This document shows positions 61,960-64,000 of a stretch of 64,000 bases of DNA, piece after piece. Position numbers and translations under genes: made by a program. Every line of letters begins with the position of its first letter. Positions within the stretch are counted from its first letter, which is position 1. The notes beneath the pieces are model-generated. The model searched no databases, had not been told where the DNA came from, and saw nothing but the letters and a program-made list of their open reading frames with translations. Source of the stretch: Cyanobacteria bacterium P01_A01_bin.123 (GTDB lineage Bacteria > Cyanobacteriota > Cyanobacteriia > Phormidesmidales > Phormidesmidaceae); contig JBCBZT010000006.1 in the NCBI GenBank assembly GCA_039815185.1, positions 1-64,000 of the forward strand, in the 5' to 3' direction.

Positions 61960-62470
61960 AATCTAAGTCCGAATTCATTGTTTTGATATCAGTGTAGCTT
62001 TAACGTTTGTTCTAGATTTCGATATCAGTTTAGCGGTGGGTTCTTTGAAGGCTAGCGTTCAATCTGAACCTATCGTTTGGTCAGCATGGCAATCTCAGTG
62101 CACGTCTTTCGAAATCTCAAAAATATCTCCAGAAGGAGGTTTAAGCTAATTTTTGTCTGCGGCAATCATCGTGTCTATCAGGGCAGAAGGGTCTGGAGTG
62201 AAGACTATTTATTGCCCGGTTTAGGCCAGCATACTGAGCATGCAAAAACAGAAAACCCAATCGGAAGCGCAGCTTATAAGTTTTATTTCGACAGATTAAA
62301 AATGTCTAAAATCTTCGCTAATGTGCTTACCTACACATAAGTTTCCTATGCTTAGGATTAGAAAATGTCAATGGTTTTAATCCCGCAAAAGTAATTAGTT
62401 CTAGTGGGTCTGGGGCAACGGTTTGCTGATGGGATAACCCCTGGGCCACGACTCCAATCGCTGAAATGTC

Positions 62471-64000
62471 ATGCCATTGATCCCTAATTTGCATTTTAGA
62501 AACCTGCGGGGTGACCTATTTGGTGGCCTCACTGCCGCGATCGTAGCCCTGCCACTGGCCCTAGCTTTTGGTGTGTCTTCAGGGGCGGGGGCGATCGCAG
62601 GGCTTTATGGTGCCATATTTGTCGGGTTTTTTGCAGCCCTCTTTGGTGGCACACCATCCCAAGTCTCTGGTCCTACGGGCCCCATGACCGTGGTGATGGC
62701 CACTGTGTTTACCAAGCTGATTGCTGAGAATCCAGAACACGGCATGGCCATGGCATTTACAGCAGTCATGCTGAGCGGGGCGTTTCAGATTTTATTTGGG
62801 GTGTTACGGCTGGGCAAGTTCATCACACTGATGCCCTATACGGTGATTTCGGGCTTTATGTCTGGCATTGGTGTGATCATTGTCCTCTTGCAAATTGGTC
62901 CGCTGTTGGGATATCCGGCCCAGAGCACGGTTATTGCTGGGTTGCGGCAACTCCCAGCGGCCTTTGCTAATCCCCATCCAGTGGCAGCGGGGCTGGGCAT
63001 TTTGACATTGACTATCGTTTTCGGCTGGTCTAAGAAGCTGGCTCGAATCGTACCGTCACCGTTAATTGCGTTAGTTGTCTGTACTGCGATCGCGATTTTA
63101 GTTTTTCCCAACAGTGATTTTGCCCGCATTGGCGACATTCCCCAGGGATTTCCCAAGCTACAGGTGCCAACTTTCAACCTGACCCAGATCAAAGACGTGG
63201 TGGGCTATGGCTTGATGTTGGCAACGTTGGGGGCAATTGACTCATTGTTGACCTCTCTGGTGGCCGACAACATCACCCGCACCCAACACGACTCCGAACG
63301 AGAATTAATTGGTCAAGGGATTGGCAACCTCGTCTCTGGATTATTTGGCGGCTTGCCGGGTGCTGGCGCCACGATGCGTACTGTCATCAATGTGCAGGCA
63401 GGGGGGCGTACGCCTATATCGGGTATGTTTCATGCCCTGATCTTGTTGTGCATTGTGCTGTGGGCAGGGGGAATTACGGCTAACATTCCCAACGCAGTGC
63501 TGGCCGGGATTTTGATCAAGGTGGGGATCAACATTATTGACTGGAGCTTTTTGTGGCGTGTGTGTCAGGTGTCGATGCGGGCTGCCTTAGTCACCTATGG
63601 GGTCGTATTGCTCACCGTATTTGTAGACTTGATCACCGCTGTAGCTGTGGGGGCCTTTGTGGCAAACATGTTGACAATCCATCGATTGACCAGCGTTCAA
63701 ATCGATCAGGTCCGGGCCATTACCCATCCCGATGACGATCCGCAAGTTATGCTGGCCGCTAAAGAACGGCAACTGATGCTTCAAGGTCAAAGAAAGATTT
63801 TGTTGATTCAGATGAGTGGCCCCATGAGCTATGGCGCAGCTAGAACCATTGCTTACCATATGGGACGCGACTATGAGGCCCTGATTCTCGACTTGAGCAA
63901 TGTGCCTTTGGTTGGGGTAACGGCTTCGTTAACCATTGAAACGGAGGTCAAAGCCGCCCGTCGCCGCCAACGGGGTGAGATTTTTATCGTGGGGGCCAAG
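62471..64000 (+). CDS. SulP/SLC26 anion transporter (BicA-like), partial at window end
   Basis: Manual translation MPLIPNLHFRNLRGDLFGGLTAAIVALPLALAFG..GPTGPMTVV..GAIDSLLT..ELIGQG..GAGATMRT; no stop before 64000. Confidence 0.9.
   Translation, partial: MPLIPNLHFRNLRGDLFGGLTAAIVALPLALAFGVSSGAGAIAGLYGAIFVGFFAALFGGTPSQVSGPTGPMTVVMATVFTKLIAENPEHGMAMAFTAVMLSGAFQILFGVLRLGKFITLMPYTVISGFMSGIGVIIVLLQIGPLLGYPAQSTVIAGLRQLPAAFANPHPVAAGLGILTLTIVFGWSKKLARIVPSPLIALVVCTAIAILVFPNSDFARIGDIPQGFPKLQVPTFNLTQIKDVVGYGLMLATLGAIDSLLTSLVADNITRTQHDSERELIGQGIGNLVSGLFGGLPGAGATMRTVINVQAGGRTPISGMFHALILLCIVLWAGGITANIPNAVLAGILIKVGINIIDWSFLWRVCQVSMRAALVTYGVVLLTVFVDLITAVAVGAFVANMLTIHRLTSVQIDQVRAITHPDDDPQVMLAAKERQLMLQGQRKILLIQMSGPMSYGAARTIAYHMGRDYEALILDLSNVPLVGVTASLTIETEVKAARRRQRGEIFIVGAK

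Overview
Chromosomal segment of a cyanobacterium (inferred from frequent HIP1 octamers GCGATCGC and purL-purF, DUF3747-SLH, devBCA, crtW and BicA-like genes). 1-9709 looks like the right end of a genomic island integrated at tRNA-Gly(CCC). Only the 3' part of the tRNA remains (9663-9709), and the island carries a NACHT / degenerate-NTPase-TPR / NACHT array, a MITE-split gene and a umuDC operon. That UmuD starts at the mature UmuD' position and lacks both catalytic residues. 9.7-20.8 kb is a candidate undescribed carotenoid system: a truncated CruE/CrtU-like gene and crtW, each downstream of a fasciclin (FAS1) gene (one with RTX repeats), plus an outer-membrane protein, a DevBCA exporter and a NarL-type two-component pair, with a shared ATGAC-N4-GTCAT motif. 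21-29 kb is decaying accessory DNA (HNH pseudogene, IS5/ISL2 element, attC-like remnants). The rest is mostly metabolic and regulatory genes (purF, purL, metY, metX, aminotransferase, fbaB, SulP) with small MITEs, a LysR-controlled redox cluster and a duplicated DUF3747 gene. All family calls come from motif recognition; no database search was run.
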